A DNA stretch of 64,000 nucleotides, taken from NCBI GenBank assembly GCA_964558645.1, contig CAZLEV010000003.1, forward strand, positions 96,001 to 160,000, read 5' to 3'. The notes beneath the pieces were generated by a model, which was given only the letters and a program-made list of their open reading frames with translations, did no database searches and had not been told where the DNA came from. The DNA comes from an uncultured archaeon (GTDB lineage: Archaea; Asgardarchaeota; Thorarchaeia; Thorarchaeales; Thorarchaeaceae). Positions 1-8,873 of the stretch are shown one piece after another (within the stretch, counting starts at the first letter, position 1; each line of letters opens with the position of its first letter). A program made the translations under genes and the position numbers.

Positions 1-256
1 CCACGAATTCTCTCTTATCGAGGGGCATCAGGTCAACACCCTTGTAGATCACCGACCCCTCGATTACCTTATGCGGAGGATGGATTAGCCGCAGAATGGA
101 CATCGCTAGAGTTGTCTTGCCACATCCTGACTCGCCTGCAATCCCAAGTGTTTCGTTCTCACTGAGACCAAGACTGCATCCATCGACGGCTTTCACGGGA
201 CCCGATGCAGTGATGTAGCGTGTCTTCATGTCCTTAACTGTCAGTATCTCGCTCAT
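1..256 (-). CDS. dppD: Dipeptide/oligopeptide ABC transporter ATP-binding subunit (5' part; runs off window)
   Basis: Manual translation from ATG at 256 gives MSEILTVKDMKTRYITASGPVKAVDG...GIAGESGCGKTTLAMSILRLI, with a Walker A typical of DppD/OppD; it follows dppC. Confidence 0.85.
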   Translation of the reverse strand, partial: MSEILTVKDMKTRYITASGPVKAVDGCSLGLSENETLGIAGESGCGKTTLAMSILRLIHPPHKVIEGSVIYKGVDLMPLDKREFV

Positions 257-259
257 TCT

Positions 260-1177
260 CTATATCTCCTCCAGCGAAGTTCCAAGAATCTTGTTCAATG
301 AGTCTCCGAGCAGACTAAAGCCTAGAACTGTCATGAATATGAAGGCCGAGGGAATCATGGTTGTCCACCAGACACCCGATAATATGGTCTGGCGGGCCGC
401 TGCTAGATCAGAACCCCACTCTGGTGTTGGCGGAGGTACTCCTAGGCCAAGGAAACCAAGACCCGATATGCTTAGTATAGCTGTAGCAACGCTTATTGTG
501 AACACAACAACAAGAACTGAGAAGGTCAACGGGAGTACATGACGAAAGACGATGTATAAATCGCTAGCACCGAGAGATACTTCCGCTTCTATAAACTCCT
601 CTTCAGAGATAGAAACAGCTGCACTCCTTGTCGTTCTGTAGAATCTGGGAACGAGGCCGATAGCAACTGCAATAGAAGTATACAATGGCCCTCCGCCTAA
701 GGCCACGGACACAAGCAAGGCCGTGAGAAAGGCCGGAAACGCATAAAGACCATCCATAGGTAAAGTCAGAAGTCGGTCGAGCCATCCGCCGTAGTAGCCG
801 GCAAGGACTCCTAATAGTACTCCAATGCTCGAGGCTATGAGCACGGAAATCAATCCAACAAGCAGTGATACTCTTGCCCCGAAGATAATCCTACTCCATA
901 CGTCCCTGCCGAGTGTGTCAGTGCCGAAGATATTTGGAAAACCGGGAGGTTGGAGAACGTTTTCAGGATATATCGTCGTCGGGCTATAGGGCGCTATGAA
1001 GTCCGCGACAAGCCCAAGGAGAACAACAAACAGCACGAGACCCAGACCAAGAAAGAACGAAGCTTGGTCTACCCTCTGAAGCGACCACAGCTTGCTTTCC
1101 CTAATTCTGTTACTTGCCTTTGAGAAGTATTCTTTTAGTACTTCTAACGGCGGTCTACTGCTTTCACTTATCTGCAT
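260..1177 (-). CDS. dppC: Dipeptide/oligopeptide ABC transporter permease (DppC/OppC)
   Basis: FGTDTLGRDVWSRIIFGARVSL, EAA-like loop (EFIEAEVSLGAS), LGFLGLGVPPPTPEWG. Confidence 0.92.
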   Translation of the reverse strand: MQISESSRPPLEVLKEYFSKASNRIRESKLWSLQRVDQASFFLGLGLVLFVVLLGLVADFIAPYSPTTIYPENVLQPPGFPNIFGTDTLGRDVWSRIIFGARVSLLVGLISVLIASSIGVLLGVLAGYYGGWLDRLLTLPMDGLYAFPAFLTALLVSVALGGGPLYTSIAVAIGLVPRFYRTTRSAAVSISEEEFIEAEVSLGASDLYIVFRHVLPLTFSVLVVVFTISVATAILSISGLGFLGLGVPPPTPEWGSDLAAARQTILSGVWWTTMIPSAFIFMTVLGFSLLGDSLNKILGTSLEEI

Positions 1178-1216
1178 GGTCTTTCTATACCTCTCTCAGT
1201 CTATTAGCTGTTTAGA

Positions 1217-2224
1217 TTAGAATCTCATTCTTGGATCCAGATAGTAGTATGATATATCGATAAGAAGCCCGATGACTGCATTAGTTAGAACAAATAGGGT
1301 CACCACTCCTTGAGTAAGTATGTAGTCTCTTAACGATGCGGCGGTCAGCAATAGTGAGCCTAGACCATTCAGAACGAATACGGATTCAATCAGAACCGAG
1401 CCGGTTAGAAGCGCCCCTGCTTGCATGGCCGTAATCGTAACCACAGGTAGAAGCGCATTTCTGAACGCATGTTTGTTCACGATTGTCTTTTCAGACATGC
1501 CTTTTGCTTCTGCAAGAAGGCAATAACTCCGTTTCATCGCTTTCAGAGTTTCAGACCGTGTTAGCCTTATTGTAACTGCAGCATACCCGGATGCGAGTAC
1601 GAGGGAAGGCAGAAGGAAATGTGAGAACGCATCAACAAAGGCCACAAAATCTCCGGCGAGCAATGAATCGAGGAGTATCATTCCAGTAATAGGTGGTGGC
1701 CTGATTCCTGGGCTTCGAGTGCCAAAGATGGGCAAAACCTGCAGGTAAACTCCGAATATAAGCTGGCACATAACCCCAAGAACGAAGACCGGGATCGCGT
1801 ATAAAGACAGAGTTGCCAGTCTAGTCACATGATCCTCCATCTTACCTGCATTGCGAGCACTCCTCCTTCCGACTGCTATTCCGATTACGACGGAGAAAAT
1901 CCACGCAAGAATTGCCAGTTGTATAGTGACTCCTGCACGCTGCCATATCAGAAATGAAACGTCCTCCCTGAGAATGAAAGATCTTCCGAAGTTTCCAGTA
2001 AAGGCACTTAGCATATAATCAAAGTATTGCATGTGCAGAGGTTGGTCGAGTCCTAGATCAGCTCGAACTTTCTCAATCACTTCTGGAGGTGCATCCTCGC
2101 CAACCATGTTAAGAACTGGATCACCGGGGATGATGTGAATCACAACGAAGATGAAGGTCATCATGAAGAACACGACAAGCGCCATCGTTACTAATCGGTT
2201 TAGAATGTACTTCTTGAAACCCAT
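1217..2224 (-). CDS. dppB: Dipeptide/oligopeptide ABC transporter permease (DppB/OppB)
   Basis: PGDPV, GLDQPL, AKG...HAFRNALLP, C-terminal LDPR. Confidence 0.92.
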   Translation of the reverse strand: MGFKKYILNRLVTMALVVFFMMTFIFVVIHIIPGDPVLNMVGEDAPPEVIEKVRADLGLDQPLHMQYFDYMLSAFTGNFGRSFILREDVSFLIWQRAGVTIQLAILAWIFSVVIGIAVGRRSARNAGKMEDHVTRLATLSLYAIPVFVLGVMCQLIFGVYLQVLPIFGTRSPGIRPPPITGMILLDSLLAGDFVAFVDAFSHFLLPSLVLASGYAAVTIRLTRSETLKAMKRSYCLLAEAKGMSEKTIVNKHAFRNALLPVVTITAMQAGALLTGSVLIESVFVLNGLGSLLLTAASLRDYILTQGVVTLFVLTNAVIGLLIDISYYYLDPRMRF

Positions 2225-2657
2225 GGGTTATCATCCTCAGGCGTAGGGGCATAGGCCAAAATATTCGATATAAAAGTGTCGCTTGCAGTAAAATAGGGAA
2301 GAATATCCTGCGCAAACTATCAAATAATATCAGCATCCCGGTTTTCGAGCTTATTTTCTCTTTAGTACCAAGGTGGGGCGCTGGGGGGTTGCCTTGGACC
2401 TGCAGCTCATTTGAAGCTTGAGTGAAGCTAGTGTTATGCTGTTAGGGGAAAAATCAATAGTGGCAAGTCCATTACAGTAGAGAGGCTAAATGAGAGCCAC
2501 AGGCGGTTCTGTGGTTTCCAGATGACAACACGTATACATTCGCTTGTGACACTCATACCTCGATCAGGACCTTTACAATTGCTGGGTCGGACGAACTGAA
2601 GAAACGACTGAGATCACACTGAGTAGTAAACCAGCTTCCCATTTCCGTCAGGTCAAT

Positions 2658-2715
2658 AATATTCCCTGAATATTTTGTCGCCAAGAGTTAAATATTGGAA
2701 TATTATGAAAATATT
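2658..2715. promoter_or_regulatory. Two AATATT-N5-AATATT palindromic sites (2658-2674, 2699-2715) upstream of nadX
   Basis: Read directly from the sequence; a further AATATT lies at 2691-2696; located in the divergent dppB/nadX promoter region. Confidence 0.45.
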
Positions 2716-2747
2716 GTATTGTTGTAGATATTCAAAAGCGAACACAG

Positions 2748-3551
2748 ATGATTCCTGGTGATACTATGGATAAGAAAATCGGTCTAATTGGATTTGGACG
2801 AATCGGATTATACGTTTATGAGATGACTGAAAACGATGAGAGTGTATCTCTCGATTTTGCGCTTGACGCAGACCCGGAAAAGACCAAAGCGCTCGATGAG
2901 AGAAAGGTGCTTAGCAGTGCGGAGCAGATTGGAAGTCGGGTTGTTGATCTTGTTGTGGAAGCAGCAAACTCAGATGTTGTCAGAGAACTAGCTCCCAAGA
3001 TTTTGAAATCGAATGATTTGATGGTTTTATCAGTCACGGCTCTTGCTGATGCAGAGTTCTACGACGAGCTCAGGGATGTCTGTGCGAAGAATGGAACACG
3101 TTTGTTCATTCCACACGGCGCATTGTTGGGAATGGATGGACTTTTTGATGCGAAGCACACACTTGACGAAGTCACGATAACGACTACAAAGAACCCCCGA
3201 AACATAGATTTCAGCTACACAGACAAATATAGCGCGGCAGACATCAAGGAGCCTACCGTATTGTACGATGGACCCGCCAGAGGAATATGCAGTATGTTTC
3301 CTAGGAATGTGAACTCACATGCAATTGTGGCCCTAGCAGGGATTGGTTTTGACAAGACTCGTGCAGTTCTGATAGCTGATCCCACGTCAGATGATGCAGT
3401 ACAGCATATTGTCGCAAGAGGTGAGGGAACAGTCCTTGAGATAAAGAGGTCTTCAGCCATCAAGGGAGTGACGGGAGAGTATACCCTTGCCTCCATCTAC
3501 GGTTCCATTCGAAGAGCTGTTCTGAGCCCCCATGGAGTGAATATAGTGTGA
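2748..3551 (+). CDS. nadX: L-aspartate dehydrogenase family (NadX/DUF108)
   Basis: Rossmann GFGRIG, VVEAA, GALLGMDGL, FPRNVN..ALAG. Confidence 0.8.
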   Translation: MIPGDTMDKKIGLIGFGRIGLYVYEMTENDESVSLDFALDADPEKTKALDERKVLSSAEQIGSRVVDLVVEAANSDVVRELAPKILKSNDLMVLSVTALADAEFYDELRDVCAKNGTRLFIPHGALLGMDGLFDAKHTLDEVTITTTKNPRNIDFSYTDKYSAADIKEPTVLYDGPARGICSMFPRNVNSHAIVALAGIGFDKTRAVLIADPTSDDAVQHIVARGEGTVLEIKRSSAIKGVTGEYTLASIYGSIRRAVLSPHGVNIV

Positions 3552-3597
3552 AACACACCTGTGATGCTTCTCAGGAACGAATGGAGAGTAGAAAGGA

Positions 3598-4935
3598 ATG
3601 ACAACATTAGATGAGAGAATTGCGAGTTTCGTGGATGAGCTATCTTACAGGTCTCTTCCTAAAGATGTAGTGGAACATGCCAAGACCTTGATTCTGCATC
3701 ACCTATATACGGGCTATGCAGGAATAAGTGAGGAAGAAACGCAGATTGCTGCATCGATTGCATTAGATGACATTAGGGGCGAGGGAGAGTCCACCGTACT
3801 TGGTAGGAAGCGTAAGACCTCCGCGCCACTGGCGGCATTTGTTAACGCAACATTCATGCATGGAGTTCAGCAAGAAGACACCTATCGCGGCCTTCATCCC
3901 GGCCCTCATACTATCCCGGCGGCAATTGCGATTGGTGAGGAGCGTAAGGGCGACGGCGTCACCTTCCTTGAGTCGATAGTCGCAGGGTATGAGGTCAATC
4001 TTCATCTGGGGGAGTCATTTGCCAAGTATACGAGCCCCAACGGGTGGAGAGGGACAACCATCTATGGTGTTCTCGGGGTTGCCGCAACATCTGCCAAGAT
4101 GCTGGGCCTAGATAGTCCACAGATTGCTGACGCTCTGTCGCATTCCACGAATATGGCCGGCGGTTTGATGCAGTGTTGGCTGGAAGGGACTCCTGAATGG
4201 CTATATGCTAGCGGTCTTGCTGCTCAGAATGGTCTCGTGAGCGCGCTGCTTGCTGAGCGCGGAGCGGTCGGAGCTCGTTCATCCTTTGCCGGTCCAAAGG
4301 GATTCCTGAAGGCCTTCTGCGGTATAGTTCCTGACGACGCTGAGGAGCTACCGGACAAGATGGAGCGGGAGTTCCTAACACCCAAGGTCATTCTCAAACC
4401 TTATTCAGTTATTACTTCAATTCTCCCCGTTATTCACAACGTAGTTATGCTTCGTGAGAGAGAAGGTATCATTTGGGATGAGATAAAGTCGATTGAGATT
4501 GTAGCTGAGCCGCGGGTCACTCACGGCCCTCTTGCAGCCTCGATTCTCGATTCTGGACCGTACACAAACAAAACACAGGCCTACAAATCATTGCCGTGTG
4601 CAACAGGCATTGCGTTGCGTTTCGGCACAGTGCTCCCGCATACTGTTTCCAAGTTCGAGAACAAGGATGTGAGTAGTCTGGCGGCATTGGTTGATGTTAA
4701 GATGGAGGAATCCTATGAGAGTTTCTATAGCTCCGTAGAAATACTCACGCAAGATGGTTCGAAGTACTCTATCGAAGGCGAGGCCTTTCCGAGTCTTAGT
4801 CCAGAGGAGGTTCGGGAGAATCTGCTGCTTGCAGCTTCTGAATACGTTGGAGAAGAGAAGACTCGCAAGATGATCGGCGTCATTGAGAATCTTGAGAGAG
4901 AGTCTGTTGAATCTCTCTCGAAGTGTCTTTCCTGA
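3598..4935 (+). CDS. MmgE/PrpD family protein
   Basis: LPKDVVEHAK, AAFVNA..H...EDT..HPG, IVAGYEV, SFAGPKGFL, ILKPYS. Confidence 0.88.
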   Translation: MTTLDERIASFVDELSYRSLPKDVVEHAKTLILHHLYTGYAGISEEETQIAASIALDDIRGEGESTVLGRKRKTSAPLAAFVNATFMHGVQQEDTYRGLHPGPHTIPAAIAIGEERKGDGVTFLESIVAGYEVNLHLGESFAKYTSPNGWRGTTIYGVLGVAATSAKMLGLDSPQIADALSHSTNMAGGLMQCWLEGTPEWLYASGLAAQNGLVSALLAERGAVGARSSFAGPKGFLKAFCGIVPDDAEELPDKMEREFLTPKVILKPYSVITSILPVIHNVVMLREREGIIWDEIKSIEIVAEPRVTHGPLAASILDSGPYTNKTQAYKSLPCATGIALRFGTVLPHTVSKFENKDVSSLAALVDVKMEESYESFYSSVEILTQDGSKYSIEGEAFPSLSPEEVRENLLLAASEYVGEEKTRKMIGVIENLERESVESLSKCLS

Positions 4936-5003
4936 GGCAGAAGAAATGTCCTGCGCCTAGACCATTAGAACAATCTGTAGTTGGCTCATGGAATACTGCG
5001 CCC

Positions 5004-5408
5004 CTACAGATTGGCTCTTTGTTTCGTGGATGACTTCACGAAATCTAGGATCCTCTCAAATGTTTCTGTATGAATCATGTGTTCGATTTTGCAGGCATCC
5101 ATTTCGGCTGTTTCTTCATCAATGCCCAGAAGCATGAAGAACTCCTTGAGCACACGATAGGTCTTCTCTAACTCCATTGCAACCTTTCGACCCTTCTTGG
5201 TGAGGTTGACAGTCCTGTATCGTTCATAATCAACCATGTTGAGCTCAGAGAGCTTCTTGAGGGCCACTGTAACACTGGGTGCTTTGACCTCCATTGCTTG
5301 AGCGATGTCCGACACGCTTGCTGAGCCGTTTTTCATCTCCAATCTGTGAATCGTCTTCACATACATCTCCATGGCATCACTCAAGGTCACGATGATCTTC
5401 TCCTGCAT
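5004..5408 (-). CDS. DtxR/MntR-family metal-dependent transcriptional repressor
   Basis: EMYVKTI, DIAQAMEVKAPSVT HTH, DACKIEH metal site. Confidence 0.9.
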   Translation of the reverse strand: MQEKIIVTLSDAMEMYVKTIHRLEMKNGSASVSDIAQAMEVKAPSVTVALKKLSELNMVDYERYRTVNLTKKGRKVAMELEKTYRVLKEFFMLLGIDEETAEMDACKIEHMIHTETFERILDFVKSSTKQRANL

Positions 5409-5667
5409 TAGCGTACATCCTCCCTTTGTCAGTTACATAATAGGTCTCACCCAGATCCCCTATCAGATTGCACCCAGATGCCATTGGGCATGATGAGCAG
5501 CCCGCATCTTTTGGTGCAGTACATTCGCTAGGTCGCAAGAGACCTCTACGAACCAGCAGTTGGAGGATGTCCTGAAGTGTAGCCTCTTGAATACCCACCT
5601 TTTTCGCGATTTGCTTCTCAGTAAGCATCCCCTCAGCGATGATGAGACGAAGTATCTTCTTGATCAA
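5377..5667 (-). CDS. feoC: FeoC-like winged-helix protein with Cys cluster
   Basis: wHTH followed by C-x6-C-x2-C-x5-C; located in the feo operon. Confidence 0.65.
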   Translation of the reverse strand: MIKKILRLIIAEGMLTEKQIAKKVGIQEATLQDILQLLVRRGLLRPSECTAPKDAGCSSCPMASGCNLIGDLGETYYVTDKGRMYANAGEDHRDLE

Positions 5668-6131
5668 TGACCCTGCCCTCCTGATATCCGATGCCCATTT
5701 TCATGGAGCTGGCTGAATGCGCTGGAGATTCCAAGGACTGCAAGTGTGATGACAAAAAGCCAAATAGATGGAGTGAGATGCTGTTGCACAGTCCAATCGC
5801 TCCAGTCCTCGAACCCTAGTATCCAACCGAGCGTTCCTGTGCCGATTATGACCAGTTGTACCACGCATATCAGGCCCGCTATTAGGATTCCAACGACCAC
5901 AAAAGACACGCCCTCCCGTTTCCCGCTTCGAATCGGTTTCACACCAGTAAGGAAGACTGAGGCAACCACTACTAGCAAGAGTCCTCCGAGGAAGTCAGTC
6001 ATTCCCACAACATACGGGAGGAATCCGAGAGAAACTCCAATCTGCAAGACTCCTGCGGCAAGGTAAGCCACTCCTAGCACGAGTGCCAGCACGAGCGCGT
6101 TCTTGTTCACAATCTCTGGAATCTCAGCCAA
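5664..6131 (-). CDS. Hypothetical 4-TM membrane protein in feo operon
   Basis: Four hydrophobic segments; overlaps its neighbours, suggesting translational coupling. Confidence 0.7.
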   Translation of the reverse strand: MAEIPEIVNKNALVLALVLGVAYLAAGVLQIGVSLGFLPYVVGMTDFLGGLLLVVVASVFLTGVKPIRSGKREGVSFVVVGILIAGLICVVQLVIIGTGTLGWILGFEDWSDWTVQQHLTPSIWLFVITLAVLGISSAFSQLHENGHRISGGQGH

Positions 6132-7452
6132 AGAAGAACCCTCCTATGAGAACAGCGAGCGACGCCATGCCATATGCGAGAAGCACCTGATAGGCTACTG
6201 AAAACGCGGTCCATCCCCATGAACCTGTTTCCTTCTTGACAGCTCCAACAGTAGCGAGACAGGGGACATAGAGAAGAACGAACAGCATGAGTGCAAAAGC
6301 CGACACCGGACTTAGAGTTGCCATCAGTGCGGTCTCGATGGCCGTCTCTCCAGAAACAGAGAAGATAATTGACAGCGACTGAACAACTGCTTCTTTTGCC
6401 ACAAAGCCGAAAATAAGGGCAGCAACGACATGCCATGTGAATCCCAGATGAGCGAAAAAGGGTTGCATGCTGGCACCAATGATGGCGATGAATGATTGCT
6501 CAACTGGAACACCGTATCCTCCGGGTCCGAAAGCAGAGAGCCCCCAGACAATGAGGCTTCCGGCAAGAAGAAAGGTGCCCGCCTGCTTCAAGAAGAGAAC
6601 TCCTCTATCCCACATATGTCGGAAAGAGCCGTGTATCGTTGGCAGTTGGTACATAGATAGCTCCATGATGAGAGGTGAAGACTCCTCCTTCAGAATAGTG
6701 CGTTTGAGGACCATAGCCACGATGATGGCCATGATGATTCCAATGATATACATCAAGAATACCATGGTACCTGTGAAGGTCGGGAAGAAGACTCCTGCAA
6801 TGAGTATATACAACGGCAGCCGTCCTGCACAGGACATCAACGGACTGACCAATATCGTTGTCAATCGATTGGATTCTCCATCTACTGTACGGGCCGCCAT
6901 GACTGCTGCGACGCTGCACCCGAAACCAAGGAGTAGTGGAATGAACGAACGCCCTTGGAGCCCCATCTTTGTCATCCATCTGTCCATCACGAACGCCGCC
7001 CGTGAGAGATACCCTGTGTCCTCTAAGATGGATATGGCAAGATAGAGCAAGAATATGGGTGGAATGAAAGTCAGAATGAATCCTACCCCTCCGAGGATCC
7101 CCTCAGTGACAAGTGATGCTAACCACGGAATGGGTATCTGCGATGTGAATCCGCCTAACCATTCAAACAGAGCCTCTATCATAGTCATGAATACCAGGGA
7201 TGCCTCAAAAGTGAAGGTGAACATCGCCCACATCGTTACGAGGAAAATTGGCACTCCGAGATACTTGTGAAGAAACACCTCGTCAAGCATGTCGCTAAGC
7301 TGCCACTTTCCTGCTCCAGGTTCATAGGCCTCGCAAAGGATGTCTCCAATGACCTCGTAGCGCTCATCAGCTAGTACAATCTGAGGATCGATTATGAGCT
7401 GCTCCTCGACGAGGGCTTCACCATTCCTTCTGGCATTCTCGGTCGCTTTCAA
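6124..7452 (-). CDS. feoB: Ferrous iron transporter FeoB, membrane (C-terminal) part
   Basis: ADERY, LEDTGYLSRAAF, GFGCSV, MSCAGRLP, GFVAKE, YVPCLAT; TTG start with GGAGGTG SD. Confidence 0.9.
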   Translation of the reverse strand: MKATENARRNGEALVEEQLIIDPQIVLADERYEVIGDILCEAYEPGAGKWQLSDMLDEVFLHKYLGVPIFLVTMWAMFTFTFEASLVFMTMIEALFEWLGGFTSQIPIPWLASLVTEGILGGVGFILTFIPPIFLLYLAISILEDTGYLSRAAFVMDRWMTKMGLQGRSFIPLLLGFGCSVAAVMAARTVDGESNRLTTILVSPLMSCAGRLPLYILIAGVFFPTFTGTMVFLMYIIGIIMAIIVAMVLKRTILKEESSPLIMELSMYQLPTIHGSFRHMWDRGVLFLKQAGTFLLAGSLIVWGLSAFGPGGYGVPVEQSFIAIIGASMQPFFAHLGFTWHVVAALIFGFVAKEAVVQSLSIIFSVSGETAIETALMATLSPVSAFALMLFVLLYVPCLATVGAVKKETGSWGWTAFSVAYQVLLAYGMASLAVLIGGFFFG

Positions 7453-8261
7453 ACGGCCACCTCCAACAGTTGCTTCTGGAGTTCTTCATCACTAATCAGA
7501 CTCATAACATCGGGGTCACGTTCTAGTATCCTCAAGGCAAGCCAACGCGGCGGGAATCTGTCAAGAATCTCTCGTTCATCCCGCAGAATCTCAAGAATCT
7601 GTTTCAGTTTCCTCTCAATCTCGGTACTGTACTTGATCCTTGGTGGCTTCAATCGTTCGAATTCTCCGTGATGATGCTCTCGAGGATGATAGTGAAGATG
7701 GTCTCCTCCATTGATGTCACCTGGCAGATGGAGGTCTGCTCTCTCATACCTCTCCTTCGACAGTGCGTGTTCTTCAGCAGCCTCAAGGATCGCCTGCTTG
7801 AGGTTGTCCATTCCCTCCCCCTTTGTGGCTACAGTCGTGACAACCTTCGCTCCGAGCCTCTCTGAAAGTCTCTGTGTGTCGAGCTTATCTCCTCGGCTCC
7901 TGACCACATCATACATGTTTAGAACTACAACAAGGTTGAGCTGCAGTTCCACGAGTAATAGAGTGAGGTAGAGATTTCTCTCTATCTGGGAGGCATTGAC
8001 GATATCGACAACCACATCAGGCCTTGTGTGGATGAGATAGTCTCTAGCAACCCTCTCATCTTCGGAGAGTGCACTCAGGCTATACACACCGGGAAGGTCA
8101 ACAATCTCAAACTCATGTCCCTTGTACTCGAAGAACCCTATCTTCTGCTCAACTGTCTTCCCCGGCCAATTGCCTGTGTGCTGCTTCAAACCTGTCAGGT
8201 TATTGAAGACCACTGACTTTCCAACGTTTGGATTCCCTATCAGAGCAACACGAACCTTCAT
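7449..8261 (-). CDS. feoB: FeoB N-terminal GTPase domain as a separate ORF
   Basis: GNPNVGKS, NWPGKTVE, DLPG, NMYD; His-rich insert. Confidence 0.9.
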   Translation of the reverse strand: MKVRVALIGNPNVGKSVVFNNLTGLKQHTGNWPGKTVEQKIGFFEYKGHEFEIVDLPGVYSLSALSEDERVARDYLIHTRPDVVVDIVNASQIERNLYLTLLLVELQLNLVVVLNMYDVVRSRGDKLDTQRLSERLGAKVVTTVATKGEGMDNLKQAILEAAEEHALSKERYERADLHLPGDINGGDHLHYHPREHHHGEFERLKPPRIKYSTEIERKLKQILEILRDEREILDRFPPRWLALRILERDPDVMSLISDEELQKQLLEVAV

Positions 8262-8653
8262 CTTGCTGATGTCGCCTCCTTAACTAGCACCCTCTCAGCC
8301 AACGCGTGTCCAAGGGCAATTCTGGTCCCTCTTATCTCTACAAGTACAGGTCCCTTTGATCCGCCCTGAACCACCTTGAATTTACATCCTCTTGTAAGCC
8401 CCAAATCGACAAGTCTTCCCATTATCTCTCTCATTTCAGAATGCGGGTTCTTTCTGAAATGCTGTTTGAAGGGTCCTTTCATGAGCTTGTGACGCCTACC
8501 CCGACGACCATGACCACGTCCTCTCCTAGGCCCGATAACAGCATCTACCTTGCTTCCTGCGAGACCTATTATCGCGTATTCTGCGCCCGGTTCTGCCTCT
8601 GTAAGCCTCTGAACTGTTGAAGTCTCCTTGTCATGTGAACCGGTATCATCCAT
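8258..8653 (-). CDS. feoA: FeoA family protein with basic insertion
   Basis: RLVDLGLTRG...GPVLVEIRGTRIALGHALAERVLV. Confidence 0.85.
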   Translation of the reverse strand: MDDTGSHDKETSTVQRLTEAEPGAEYAIIGLAGSKVDAVIGPRRGRGHGRRGRRHKLMKGPFKQHFRKNPHSEMREIMGRLVDLGLTRGCKFKVVQGGSKGPVLVEIRGTRIALGHALAERVLVKEATSAR

Positions 8654-8677
8654 ATGCTTCTGCTTCCTTGCTTTCTA

Positions 8678-8766
8678 CTAGGTTGACCTTATGGAGAGCC
8701 TTCTGTTTGATTTTGAGCTTAGACACCAAACTTAGCTTCGACTAACTCCAACTTAGACTAGTCTAA
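8678..8766. promoter_or_regulatory. Candidate DtxR-family operators: TTAGACTAGTCTAA (8753-8766), TTAGCTTCGACTAA (8732-8745), CTAGGTTGACCTTA (8678-8691)
   Basis: A perfect 14-bp palindrome plus two TTAG-N6-CTAA-like copies lie between a minus-strand TATA (~8783-8788) and feoA; they resemble DtxR/MntR boxes. Confidence 0.65.
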
Positions 8767-8873
8767 ATCAGAGACGAGCGCAATATAAGGCTTGTCACAC
8801 GGACCTCATTCCATTGTTCGCACGAAGGGCGCAATGGTTATCTTCGTGTCTATCATTGAGAAGGTGAGCTGCT

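Noticed and set aside
2651-2660. GGTCAATAAT shared between the nadX and nadA upstream regions as a common NAD operator
   Set aside because: Only a half-site matches at nadX (no TTGCC), and it is better explained by the AATATT-N5-AATATT motif.
7449-7452. Selenocysteine UGA joining the two feoB halves
   Set aside because: The downstream half is in a different (-1) frame, so in-frame recoding cannot join them.
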